A stretch of DNA of 64,000 nt from a virus: the IMG/VR virus record IMGVR_UViG_3300029438_000229, positions 2,293 to 66,292 of that record. One strand, written 5' to 3'. The notes under the pieces were generated by a model that saw only the letters and a list, made by a program, of their open reading frames with translations, did not search any database and was not told the DNA's origin. The translations under genes were made by a program, and so were the position numbers. The number at the start of each line of letters is the position of its first letter. Position 1 is the stretch's first letter. This document shows, one piece after another, positions 56,358-64,000 of this stretch.

Positions 56358-56722
56358 TCACACATCAGCCATTCGTTTAATTCATGGAGAATTTCATCCG
56401 CATCTCGAAAACCACCTGACCCGTGATATTGGTTCTGTTCCCGCTCATCCTCCAACGTTTTTACCGTGGCGAGCAGCTTATCTTCTCTGCCTTTCGCTTC
56501 GCCTCTGGCAAAAGCTGCTTTTTCAGCTTCGCCAATGCGCTGGTATCTGCTCTTTCGTTCCTTTTCGATATAAAGCAGGCCATTGGCTACTGCATCAAGG
56601 AACGCTTACATCTCAGGTTCCGGGATAGGTTCTTGGCTTTCTCTGCTTTTGGATATACAGCAAAAGCCCTCATCGTCGTAATGGATGAAATAGGGAGAGT
56701 TCGGGACCTGTTGTACTCGCAT
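56354..56722 (-). pseudogene. 122-codon frame interrupted by an in-frame TAA (56606-56608)
   Basis: GGAAGGAGGAAG SD plus ATG 56722. After 38 codons there is a TAA, then 83 more in-frame codons with no usable start. The frame ends in an ATGA coupling to the next gene. Confidence 0.5.
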
Positions 56723-56841
56723 AGGGCACTTCCTCCTTCCGTCTCAAAGACAATTTGCCGGGACTGTTTCCCGTTGCCCGCTGCTCGCCGCGTGGAGGCT
56801 GTCTTTTGGAACAGCTGCGCGGACAAAACCGCGCTTTTGAG

Positions 56842-58536
56842 TTACATCTCTGCATTGAACAGATTGCGGAGCTTATAGGTAATATCCTCGCTGTTACCGA
56901 CGATAGCTGCCGCCTCGTTGATGGAAGCGAGCTCCGAAAGACTATCCGCTGCGTAGTTGTAGCTGATGGTGTAAATGGGGATATCCATACCGGCAATGAT
57001 GTTCTTCGTATCGGAGAAGTCATATCCGGTATTGTTGTCACCGTCCGTGAGCACAAAGATGATGGGCGTGCAATTCCCACCCAGTTCCTGAGATTTCTGG
57101 TAGATGCGGTCCATTGCCACACAAAGACCGTTGTACATCGCTGTGCTGCCGTTTGCATCGAGGGAGTTCACAGCACCCTTGTACAGGGTTTTCTGGGTCA
57201 GGGAGAACTGGTCGATGGGCAGGTATTCCCTGACATCCGAATCAAAGCCAATAATGCCAATATAGTTGTCGTCATTGATATACTGGATGGTGTTTATCAT
57301 CGCGGTTTTCAGGGCATTCAGGGGTTCGCCGCGCATCGAGCCTGAAGTATCGACAACGAACTCCGCCACGATAGGAATACCGGAATCTTTCTCTTCTTTC
57401 CAGACACTTTGAGCCTGTGCGATGGTGTTGCCGTCATATACCTTGCCAGTATAAGCATAGTCATCGAGGCCATTGAACCCGTCCTTCGTTGCCTCGGCCT
57501 GGTTCTGAGCGCAGAAGGAAACGAAGGCAGCAATAACTTCCTTCTTCTCCGCAGAGACATTCCCGATGGAATACAGAGGATTATCGTGCCGGACACCGAA
57601 CGGGATGAACTCGTAGTTGCGCTGTAATGTCGGGTCATTCTGGTAGGACTGATACTCCATCACGACACCGTCCACGATGCCCTTGTCTGCCGACTGGACC
57701 ATCTGCTGGGTCGTGAAGGATACGAGCGGCACGTTCGCCTGAAATTTCTGGAAATTCTCAACAGCAGCCGTATCGACAATCGTGTCGCTGCCGCTGCTTG
57801 CAAGGGCCGCAAGAAGGAAGTTGAGACCCGTTGCACTCGTATAAGGGTTCGAGTATCCCATCATGAGTTTGCCATCGATGGTTGCGTTCAGAACGGAAGA
57901 AACAGACGCTTCACCGTATTCAGAGCGGAGCATATCCCCTGTCTTCTTCGATACGAGAATACCCGCCACATTGCCGGCCAGACGGTCAGCCTCAACGGTC
58001 AACTCTACGCCCTCGTTCTTCACCAGTTCGCCAAAGAGCGTGTTTGAAGGTGTATAGCACTCAGGCTGATACTTTCCCGTCGAGATGTACTCAGCTGCCG
58101 TACCGGACGGAACGGAGCGCAGAGAGACGCTCATAGTCTTGTCTCCGGAAGTCTTATTGTGCTGGGCGTTGAACTTCTTTGCCATGCTGGTCAGGAAAGA
58201 ATCAGAACCGGATTCTGCTGCTTTCTCGCCGGAAGAGAAGATTTCAATGTTGACATCACCGTTCCCCTCTACCACAAACGGGTAGGAGGAGTCGATATCC
58301 GGCAACTCATCTTTTGCATCCAGAAATTCGGACACATCGAGCTGCTGCGGATTGACGGATACTTCCTGTACCCCGATGCGTTTCATTTTTCCGCTCAAAT
58401 CCGCATACGCCTGTTCTGTCGTCATGGTATTGGTGCTGATATTCGAGTCCCGCATCACCGTCTGGGAGAACACCGCCAATACTACGCCGACGACCGCCAA
58501 GGTCGCCACTATCGGGAACACACCTTTTCTTGCCAT
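56842..58536 (-). CDS. membrane-anchored vWA-domain protein with binding-protein-like middle domain
   Basis: ATG 58536 lies 9 nt after GGAGG. N-terminal TM helix. MIDAS DTSGSM in the C-terminal vWA domain. Confidence 0.8.
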   Translation of the reverse strand: MARKGVFPIVATLAVVGVVLAVFSQTVMRDSNISTNTMTTEQAYADLSGKMKRIGVQEVSVNPQQLDVSEFLDAKDELPDIDSSYPFVVEGNGDVNIEIFSSGEKAAESGSDSFLTSMAKKFNAQHNKTSGDKTMSVSLRSVPSGTAAEYISTGKYQPECYTPSNTLFGELVKNEGVELTVEADRLAGNVAGILVSKKTGDMLRSEYGEASVSSVLNATIDGKLMMGYSNPYTSATGLNFLLAALASSGSDTIVDTAAVENFQKFQANVPLVSFTTQQMVQSADKGIVDGVVMEYQSYQNDPTLQRNYEFIPFGVRHDNPLYSIGNVSAEKKEVIAAFVSFCAQNQAEATKDGFNGLDDYAYTGKVYDGNTIAQAQSVWKEEKDSGIPIVAEFVVDTSGSMRGEPLNALKTAMINTIQYINDDNYIGIIGFDSDVREYLPIDQFSLTQKTLYKGAVNSLDANGSTAMYNGLCVAMDRIYQKSQELGGNCTPIIFVLTDGDNNTGYDFSDTKNIIAGMDIPIYTISYNYAADSLSELASINEAAAIVGNSEDITYKLRNLFNAEM

Positions 58537-58538
58537 GG

Positions 58539-59339
58539 TCAATTACCTCCATTCAAAGTGTCATATCGTTTCAAAGCCTCTCGGCTGATTTCCTCGTCCT
58601 GTTCAAGGTCTTGATTCGTCTTAGTGATGACATCATCGAGTCTTGACATTGCCAGGACCACATCGGTATCCCACGGATTCTGTGCTGAGCGCTGATTGAG
58701 TGCATAGGCAAGAGAATCTAAGCGCAGGATAAGACGCTCATTATCATGGACCACATTGTTTATCGTCTTGATGATACCGGCGTATATCTCCTGCTTCTTT
58801 TTAGCGGTATCGGTATCTCCGAACGAGATAATGCCTTGTTGGAAAGCTTTGTATTCTGTCTCATCGAACATCGATGCCGAGCGGATAGCGTCATCCAGCC
58901 GGTCATAGAATATTCGTTCTGCCGATGCCAACAGCGTTAGGCACTTCGCCTGCTCTCCAGAAGTCTTGCTGTCCTGTGTCATGCTGTATGCTACCGCCAT
59001 CTTCTGCCCGAACCGCATGACCTGATACAGCATCTGGTCGGCATTGTCTGAGAACACGGCTTTCGTTTTTACGGTCGCGTTAATTTTCTCCGCATAGACT
59101 TCTTCTCGGTTTTCTGGCTTATCTTGCGCAGGCTTTTCCGATTCCCGCCGCTTCTCCCTGTATCTGAATACAAAGTACCCGCACAGGAGCAAAAACAGCA
59201 CTGGTGCCGCGTATTTTGCCAGAAGCACAAAGAACAGCGGTGCGCCGTGCATATACTCAATCGCATAGTAGGTATGGATATACGCCTCGACCATATACAC
59301 GGCAGCTGCTGCTATGATAAGTACGCATATACAAAACAT
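58539..59339 (-). CDS. membrane protein, XpaC/TelA-like helical domain (tentative)
   Basis: 266 aa. Two N-terminal TM helices and a helical C-part. GTGAGGGG SD. Confidence 0.55.
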   Translation of the reverse strand: MFCICVLIIAAAAVYMVEAYIHTYYAIEYMHGAPLFFVLLAKYAAPVLFLLLCGYFVFRYREKRRESEKPAQDKPENREEVYAEKINATVKTKAVFSDNADQMLYQVMRFGQKMAVAYSMTQDSKTSGEQAKCLTLLASAERIFYDRLDDAIRSASMFDETEYKAFQQGIISFGDTDTAKKKQEIYAGIIKTINNVVHDNERLILRLDSLAYALNQRSAQNPWDTDVVLAMSRLDDVITKTNQDLEQDEEISREALKRYDTLNGGN

Positions 59340-59348
59340 CTCTGCCCC

Positions 59349-60230
59349 TCACCCTTTCTTCCGCAGACAATCCTCACATACGGTTCGGAAACAGTCTGCG
59401 GATGGTCTCTCGTGTTTCGGAAGCGGCTTTACCGCCTGTATATGAAGTTTCGCGCCTTGTTCCGGAGTCCTGCCGCAGACAACACACCGAAACCTGTCAC
59501 GCTGCAAGACTTCGTACTTGATTTGCGAGGATGCCTGCCTCCGCTCGTTTTCCCGCTGCTGACGTTCCCGTTCGTGTGCCTTAGCGAGTCTTACGAATTC
59601 CTTAGCTTCTGCCATCGAATAGGTCTTAGACTCCTCCATCGGTCGGCCCTTATGCGTGACATACTGCTTCACCGCAATAAAAGTCGTCTCTATCACGGGA
59701 GTGCCGAACACCGCTGCATTGACCAGCTTCTTCTCATAGTGCTTATACAGCCAGAAAGGGATTCTTCTTCCGCAATCATCGTCCTTCTCGGTCCAGTTGG
59801 GGATGCTTTTGAGCTCTTCCTTATATGCCGCAAACTGAATCACATTCGACTGCGCCCATCCGAAAACCTCTTCAAACTGGGGAATCTTTTTCCGAACAGT
59901 GCTCATGAACAGCTTATCGAGGGAAGCCCCCTTGAACTCTTCAAGGGATTCGAGCGGGTATTCGAGACGAATTTCTTCGTCCACATCATAGAACTCATAT
60001 CCCTGATTGATTTCCTCAACGCCCGCCAGAATCTCGCTGGTATTGCGCACATCTTTTTTGGCGGCAGAGACGACGAGAAGCCATATACCGGCCAAAACAG
60101 CCAATGCGACAACAATTACCACGGCAATCGTCACCGGCGACATTACTGCTATCTGGTCCTCTACCCAAAACGAAAACTCTTCCGGCATATCAATCAGCCA
60201 GTCTATGAAATGCATCGGTTTACCGTACAT
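59349..60230 (-). CDS. membrane protein with degenerate HNH-like zinc module
   Basis: 293 aa; GGAGGAA SD. TM helix VMSPVTIAVVIVVALAVLAGIWLLVV. C-terminal RCVVCG...LHIQAV...CEDC. Confidence 0.6.
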   Translation of the reverse strand: MYGKPMHFIDWLIDMPEEFSFWVEDQIAVMSPVTIAVVIVVALAVLAGIWLLVVSAAKKDVRNTSEILAGVEEINQGYEFYDVDEEIRLEYPLESLEEFKGASLDKLFMSTVRKKIPQFEEVFGWAQSNVIQFAAYKEELKSIPNWTEKDDDCGRRIPFWLYKHYEKKLVNAAVFGTPVIETTFIAVKQYVTHKGRPMEESKTYSMAEAKEFVRLAKAHERERQQRENERRQASSQIKYEVLQRDRFRCVVCGRTPEQGAKLHIQAVKPLPKHERPSADCFRTVCEDCLRKKG

Positions 60231-60323
60231 CTATGATTCCTCCATAATTCCAGACGGCGTCTGGAAAATCTCTTTCTTACAATTTCTGTGCGGACAATAC
60301 CGCTATGACTGCCCTTGATTTTC

Positions 60324-60351
60324 ATTATCTTCAATTCGCACAAATCGGCAA
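60324..60351 (-). promoter_or_regulatory. phage-type promoter of the membrane-HNH / XpaC-like / vWA operon
   Basis: TTGCCG-ATTT-GTGCGAAT-TGAA-GATAAT. Confidence 0.55.
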
Positions 60352-60362
60352 CTTTTTCGCGC

Positions 60363-60400
60363 AAAAACAAAAAAAGCAGCCATCCGTGATGGATGACTGC
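60363..60400 (-). terminator. intrinsic terminator
   Basis: GCAGTCATCC..GGATGGCTGC stem plus TTTTTTTGTTTTTG. Confidence 0.7.
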
Positions 60401-60576
60401 AAAAAATATCGGTGAATTTCGGAAAAATGTTGCAAACGGCCTTGCAAACCCCCAGAAAAATGTCGCAGCGCTTAGAAATGTGCCTGGTCAATGTTGTTTT
60501 TCGTTAGAGTACGGAGATGACAGAAGAACGCTCGTGTCGAGCACATAATATTTTTCTGAGATTCGCACCTATCGTT

Positions 60577-60771
60577 TCAGGTGTTTTCTCGGATGGCATC
60601 GAGGATGTCCTTCTTTGTGCCGCGCACCGAACAGCCATTATCCTCAAAGGCCGCAAACAGCGTTTGCACGAATTTCTCGTTCTCATCTTTCGAGATATCT
60701 GGCATCCAGAAAGAGTAGTCATCATCGCCGTATTTGAAGACGATGCCTTCAATTTTCGGGTTCTTGCTCAT
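60577..60771 (-). CDS. hypothetical protein
   Basis: Trimmed to ATG 60771 behind AAAAAAGGGGGACACT. Confidence 0.55.
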   Translation of the reverse strand: MSKNPKIEGIVFKYGDDDYSFWMPDISKDENEKFVQTLFAAFEDNGCSVRGTKKDILDAIRENT

Positions 60772-60800
60772 AGTGTCCCCCTTTTTTCCGTTCTGAGCAT

Positions 60801-61217
60801 TCATTTAGCACATAGGCTCGCAGCCAGCACCCCAACAGCGATAATACCGGTCACGAACAGAAGCATACAGGCGAACATTACGCCGAAAGAAAGCGTGAGG
60901 TATGAGATTTGTTCGACCATGCTCAGCAGATGAATTTTGTCCGTTAATTTGTCAATTTCATCTACATCCGCCAACTGCTTTTGACGCTCTCCCTCCATGA
61001 CCAATGCCTCATAAGCACCGCCAAAACTGAATTCATCGTCCGACAGCGGCTTTCTCCTGGTCTGCATCATGCGGTTTATCAGTTTTTCTTCGAGTTCTGC
61101 TTCCTTTGCGCATTTTTCCGCGTCTTTCTCATCCAGCATCTTGCCCGACACCTTGTAGCAAATGAACGATGCAATGCAAAGCAGCGCTGCAATGACAAGC
61201 GAAAAAGTGAAAATCAT
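60801..61217 (-). CDS. membrane protein
   Basis: 138 aa with TM helices at both ends. ATGA overlap with the upstream gene. Confidence 0.6.
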   Translation of the reverse strand: MIFTFSLVIAALLCIASFICYKVSGKMLDEKDAEKCAKEAELEEKLINRMMQTRRKPLSDDEFSFGGAYEALVMEGERQKQLADVDEIDKLTDKIHLLSMVEQISYLTLSFGVMFACMLLFVTGIIAVGVLAASLCAK

Positions 61218-61522
61218 GATTCTACCTCAAGAGGAAGCTGCTCAAACGGCAGCGTCAAGTAGTCGTACAGGGATTCGGCGGTAGGCATGTCGTAGCGCAT
61301 CCGGCGACCATCTTCGAGGTCGAACCAGATGCATTTGCGGACATCCTCATACAGCCACCAGTCAATGGTGTCTGCCTTGTCGTCCAGTTCTTCTTTGAGG
61401 ATGCGGAGCAATGCAGCAAGATACAGATTGTCAGCATAGAACACTACTGCCGAGTCGCAGATTTTGCCGAGCGCATGGTCAAATTCCGAAATTTTCCGGT
61501 CTTGCTCGTCAACTACCCCCAC
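61214..61522 (-). CDS. hypothetical protein, 5' end possibly displaced by the tnpB element
   Basis: There is no ATG. GTG 61522 is the first plausible start. The track extension to 61645 runs through the structured RNA region downstream of tnpB. Confidence 0.4.
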   Translation of the reverse strand: MGVVDEQDRKISEFDHALGKICDSAVVFYADNLYLAALLRILKEELDDKADTIDWWLYEDVRKCIWFDLEDGRRMRYDMPTAESLYDYLTLPFEQLPLEVES

Positions 61523-61524
61523 CT

Positions 61525-61750
61525 GAAGGAGGGGGCTTGTAGTCCCGCAGGACTCCAATTTTTTTCCCACTCGACGGACTGTTAGGCACGGTTGCTGTCC
61601 GTGCGACCGAGTACAATGGGCGTTCACCGCTGTTGCAGGCGGCATAGCTGTGGTGAGAATTGGATTATGCGGGATACAGTCCCAATAACCCTACATTGCG
61701 AATGTTTATGGCAGCGTTGTGGTCACGGTTATGTGTCGTGCCGCAGGCGC
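61525..61750 (-). ncRNA. putative TnpB guide-RNA (omega/reRNA) scaffold
   Basis: The expected position is the 3' end of tnpB plus about 140 nt downstream. The region has dense nested hairpins: GCACGG..CCGTGC, CGGAC..GTCCG, GTCC-CGCA-GGAC, CCCCC..GGGGG. Confidence 0.35.
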
Positions 61751-62810
61751 TGCATGTCCAAACGCGGTCAGCAAGCGTGAGGTCGTCTTTTATGAAACCA
61801 CAAACGCTGCAGGTTTTGCTGGACGGATACCACTTATCGATTTTGGCAAAGGTCTTTCCTTGCGATGTGAGTTTATACTCAAGCATCGTGCGGAACATAC
61901 CGAAGCCATTATCGTTTGTGGATTTACCAAGCTTCAGGGAACCAGCCAAACCGCGCAGGTTGATGTCTTCCACAAATACAGCATCATACTGCTTGGCTAT
62001 CGCAGCACTTACCGTATGGCAGAAGTTCTTGCGCTGATTGGCTATATGTTCATGCAAAAGCTGAATTTTATGCAGTTGTTCGTTATAATTTTTAGAGCCC
62101 GCTTCCATACGAGACAGCTTGCGCTGCTCTTTTGCAAGTTTCTCTTCACTCTGACGATAGAATTGCGGATAGTTGGCCACTTTGCCGTTGCTGTCAACAT
62201 AAAAGTCATGGGAAGAATAATCTAAGCCAAGAGATTTCTCTTTGGTGGGAACAATAGGCTGGATATCCTTCTCGAATTCATACAGCAGTGAAACGAAATA
62301 CTTGCCGCTGCGGGTACAGCTGACGGTAGCGCCTTTTAGTACCCAGTCGGCATCCGGTTGACGGTGTACTTTAACTTTTACATTGCCTACCTTTGGCAGA
62401 TGAACAAGATTGCCGACAACATAAACGGTATTCTTGATTTTGCCGTCTTTGCTTTGCGTTTTTTTGTTGTTTGTTGTGTACGACATTTCGTTCCTGTGTT
62501 TGCTTTTCAATCTTGGGACACCAACGGCTTTTGGACTCTCCAGATGCCGCTTGTTTGCATCTTTCAAATCAAGCTGTGTGTTTGCAAGAGCAAGGCTATC
62601 CACCTCTTTCAGAAACGGAAACTCCTTTTTGTATTTGGCAGGCGTAGGAACAAAAAAAGTTCCCGCTTCGTCCAGAAACTGCTGTGCATCTATAAGCATA
62701 TGGTTCCAGATAAAACGTACGCAGCCAAAGGTTTTGGCAAACAGAACCTGCTGTTCTGATGTTGGATACGCACGATATTTTATTGCTCTATTTAGTTTTT
62801 GCACAGGCAC
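61665..62810 (-). CDS. tnpB: TnpB (IS200/IS605-family RuvC-like RNA-guided nuclease)
   Basis: RAIKYRAYPTSEQ...FGCVRFIWN N-terminus. C-terminal CSVCG...CSACG zinc finger plus NRDHNAAINI. GTG 62810 (8 nt after GAAGGTGG) is preferred over the track GTG 62822. Confidence 0.85.
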   Translation of the reverse strand: MPVQKLNRAIKYRAYPTSEQQVLFAKTFGCVRFIWNHMLIDAQQFLDEAGTFFVPTPAKYKKEFPFLKEVDSLALANTQLDLKDANKRHLESPKAVGVPRLKSKHRNEMSYTTNNKKTQSKDGKIKNTVYVVGNLVHLPKVGNVKVKVHRQPDADWVLKGATVSCTRSGKYFVSLLYEFEKDIQPIVPTKEKSLGLDYSSHDFYVDSNGKVANYPQFYRQSEEKLAKEQRKLSRMEAGSKNYNEQLHKIQLLHEHIANQRKNFCHTVSAAIAKQYDAVFVEDINLRGLAGSLKLGKSTNDNGFGMFRTMLEYKLTSQGKTFAKIDKWYPSSKTCSVCGFIKDDLTLADRVWTCSACGTTHNRDHNAAINIRNVGLLGLYPA

Positions 62811-62834
62811 TGCTGTCACCACCTTCTATTATTT

Positions 62835-62862
62835 AGTGTACTCAGTTCGCACATTATATCTA
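62835..62862 (-). promoter_or_regulatory. phage-type promoter directly upstream of tnpB
   Basis: TAGATA-TAAT-GTGCGAAC-TGAG-TACACT. The 14 nt AATGTGCGAACTGA are identical to cassette copy 7. Confidence 0.45.
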
Positions 62863-62871
62863 CTTAAAAGT

Positions 62872-62915
62872 GTAGCAATTCATCCCCCACATAAATGAGG
62901 GAGAATTCTTGCTAC
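62872..62915 (-). terminator. imperfect hairpin after gene 62922 (terminator or IS end structure)
   Basis: GTAGCAA..TTGCTAC outer stem, TCCC/GGGA inner stem, weak U-tract. Confidence 0.35.
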
Positions 62916-62921
62916 ATTTTC

Positions 62922-63509
62922 TTAAATATGGAAAACAGTCCACTCGCGGTTTGGATAATCGTCGCAGAAGCTTGCGAAGGCGAGCGGCGCACCGTTGTCT
63001 TGACTGTCCTTGTTAGAGTGTACGAAGACATTGTAGTCTTCCATGTCCTCAACGTCATCAGCCGTGGCATCTTCGTCAAAGACATCATTGACGCTTTCCG
63101 CAATCAACTCTTTCATTTCCTCAAACGCCTCATCGAAACTGTCGTAGAAGCCCGTAAGCTCGATGCTTTCGTATTCCTCGTAAGAAAGAAGAAAGAAGGG
63201 CTTGTCGGTTGTGACTTCGTAAACGACCCACTCGACACTCTCTTGGTCATCCCCATTCCAGTAGTCATATGTGCTATACGCTCTGGGTTCGCTACTGTCA
63301 GCGTGGCGGTTCTCATCGAAGGTGAAAGAAAAGCCGTAGTGGTCTTCGTTTTCGTGCGTGATATCAGTTCCGGTAAGACCTGCATGATAGTTCTTGTTGA
63401 TGCGCTGTGCCATACTGTCTTTTACTGCGGCGACCGCCTCTTCCAGCGTGTCCTTCTTGCAGATGAGGTTCGTGCAATCATAGTGTTCGCTCTTAATCAC
63501 GATAAACAT
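62922..63509 (-). CDS. hypothetical acidic protein
   Basis: 195 aa; AAAAAGGAGACC SD. Confidence 0.6.
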   Translation of the reverse strand: MFIVIKSEHYDCTNLICKKDTLEEAVAAVKDSMAQRINKNYHAGLTGTDITHENEDHYGFSFTFDENRHADSSEPRAYSTYDYWNGDDQESVEWVVYEVTTDKPFFLLSYEEYESIELTGFYDSFDEAFEEMKELIAESVNDVFDEDATADDVEDMEDYNVFVHSNKDSQDNGAPLAFASFCDDYPNREWTVFHI

Positions 63510-63562
63510 TTTGTGGTCTCCTTTTTGTTATATGATAGTGGCGTGTCGTATAATGCGTGGCA

Positions 63563-63838
63563 TTATACGACCTCGTTGATGGCGTACAAAACCGAGACAG
63601 TCAGCCAATTCGGCGCATAATCCTGACACTCATATATAGCTGCCTCAGTGGTGTCGATATAATACGAGCTGGGAATCGCTTCCTCGTCGCTTCGGTCGAG
63701 GTGGCGCTTTTTGAGCTCTTCCTGATAGTCCGACTGCACAGCGGCATGAGCCGTTTCGATGGACGGGTACTGGTTCGGAAAGATTTTGAGAAACATCTCC
63801 CCTCTTTTGTTGGTAAAAGATTTTGCGAGAATAAACAT
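63563..63838 (-). CDS. hypothetical protein
   Basis: 91 aa; GAAAAGGAG SD. Confidence 0.55.
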   Translation of the reverse strand: MFILAKSFTNKRGEMFLKIFPNQYPSIETAHAAVQSDYQEELKKRHLDRSDEEAIPSSYYIDTTEAAIYECQDYAPNWLTVSVLYAINEVV

Positions 63839-63859
63839 ACGAAACTCCTTTTCTGACGC

Positions 63860-64000
63860 AAAAAAAGGGCGGACCTCCTGTGATTAGGAAGTCCGCCCTT
63901 AAAGCGAAACTATGAATTGTTGTACGAAAGATATTTTTCTTTCCGTGTGAATGTTATCTATCGTACATCTTTCATTCTATGCAACTCGCACAACTTGGCA
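63860..64000 (-). promoter_or_regulatory. leader cassette copy 10 (-35 cut by window end)
   Basis: (T)TGCCA-16-TAGAAT with GTGCGAGT. ATGTACGATAGATAAC...TCGTACAACAATTCATAGTTTCGC. Hairpin 63898-63867 plus TTTTTTT. Confidence 0.65.

Larger units (their letters stand above)
61523..62862 (-). mobile_element. tnpB-only IS200/IS605-type element or its domesticated remnant (ends not defined)
   Basis: tnpB has no adjacent tnpA. A structured 3' region is present. A phage-type promoter lies directly upstream. Confidence 0.45.

Noticed and set aside
56606-56608. Stop-codon reassignment (an alternative genetic code) as the explanation for the in-frame TAA.
   Set aside because: TAA, TAG and TGA all terminate well-supported genes in this window, at positions consistent with downstream SDs. 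There is a single internal stop in one gene.
56790-56841. GCGCGG..CCGCGC hairpin after the vWA gene, considered as its terminator.
   Set aside because: The T-run lies on the plus strand, which is the wrong orientation for the minus-strand operon. It is not called.

Overview
The window holds about 90 genes, and all but one are on the minus strand. They form short operons with AGGAGG-type ribosome-binding sites (SDs), sigma-A-like promoters, lipoboxes and a sortase. This fits the non-structural (early, accessory and replication) arm of a large phage or phage-like element of a Firmicutes/Clostridia-type host. No capsid, tail, terminase, integrase, rRNA, tRNA or CRISPR features were recognised.

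Genes with recognisable products:
- Replication and repair: NAD-dependent DNA ligase, a UvrD-like helicase-nuclease, and a PLD-nuclease/SF3-helicase fusion.
- DNA methylation: four DNA methyltransferases in a row (EcoRI-type N6A, two C5, one beta-class N4/N6).
- Nucleases and related: two DUF262 nuclease-like proteins (one fused to HNH), a proteasome-type Ntn hydrolase, and a GHKL ATPase.
- Nucleotide or small-molecule enzymes: macro domain, MazG-like, HAD and radical-SAM proteins.
- Surface or secreted: two tandem esterase-like paralogs, a sortase, a secreted MBL hydrolase, and a vWA / XpaC-like / HNH-like membrane trio.
- Mobile-element genes: a tnpB gene, and scrambled IscB-like and Toprim-like gene fragments.

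The most striking signal is non-coding. A roughly 135-nt cassette occurs ten times. Each copy runs promoter, conserved structured leader, intrinsic terminator, and sits immediately upstream of the first gene of a minus-strand operon. In addition, 21 promoters carry an invariant NTGCGAAY block at a fixed position inside the 16-nt spacer. Together these suggest a genome-wide antitermination or attenuation regulon, or a multicopy small-RNA family. I could not match it to anything I know.

All functional calls rest on motif recognition by eye, with no database search. Start codons were adjusted from the ORF track where SD placement or leader hairpins argued for it.
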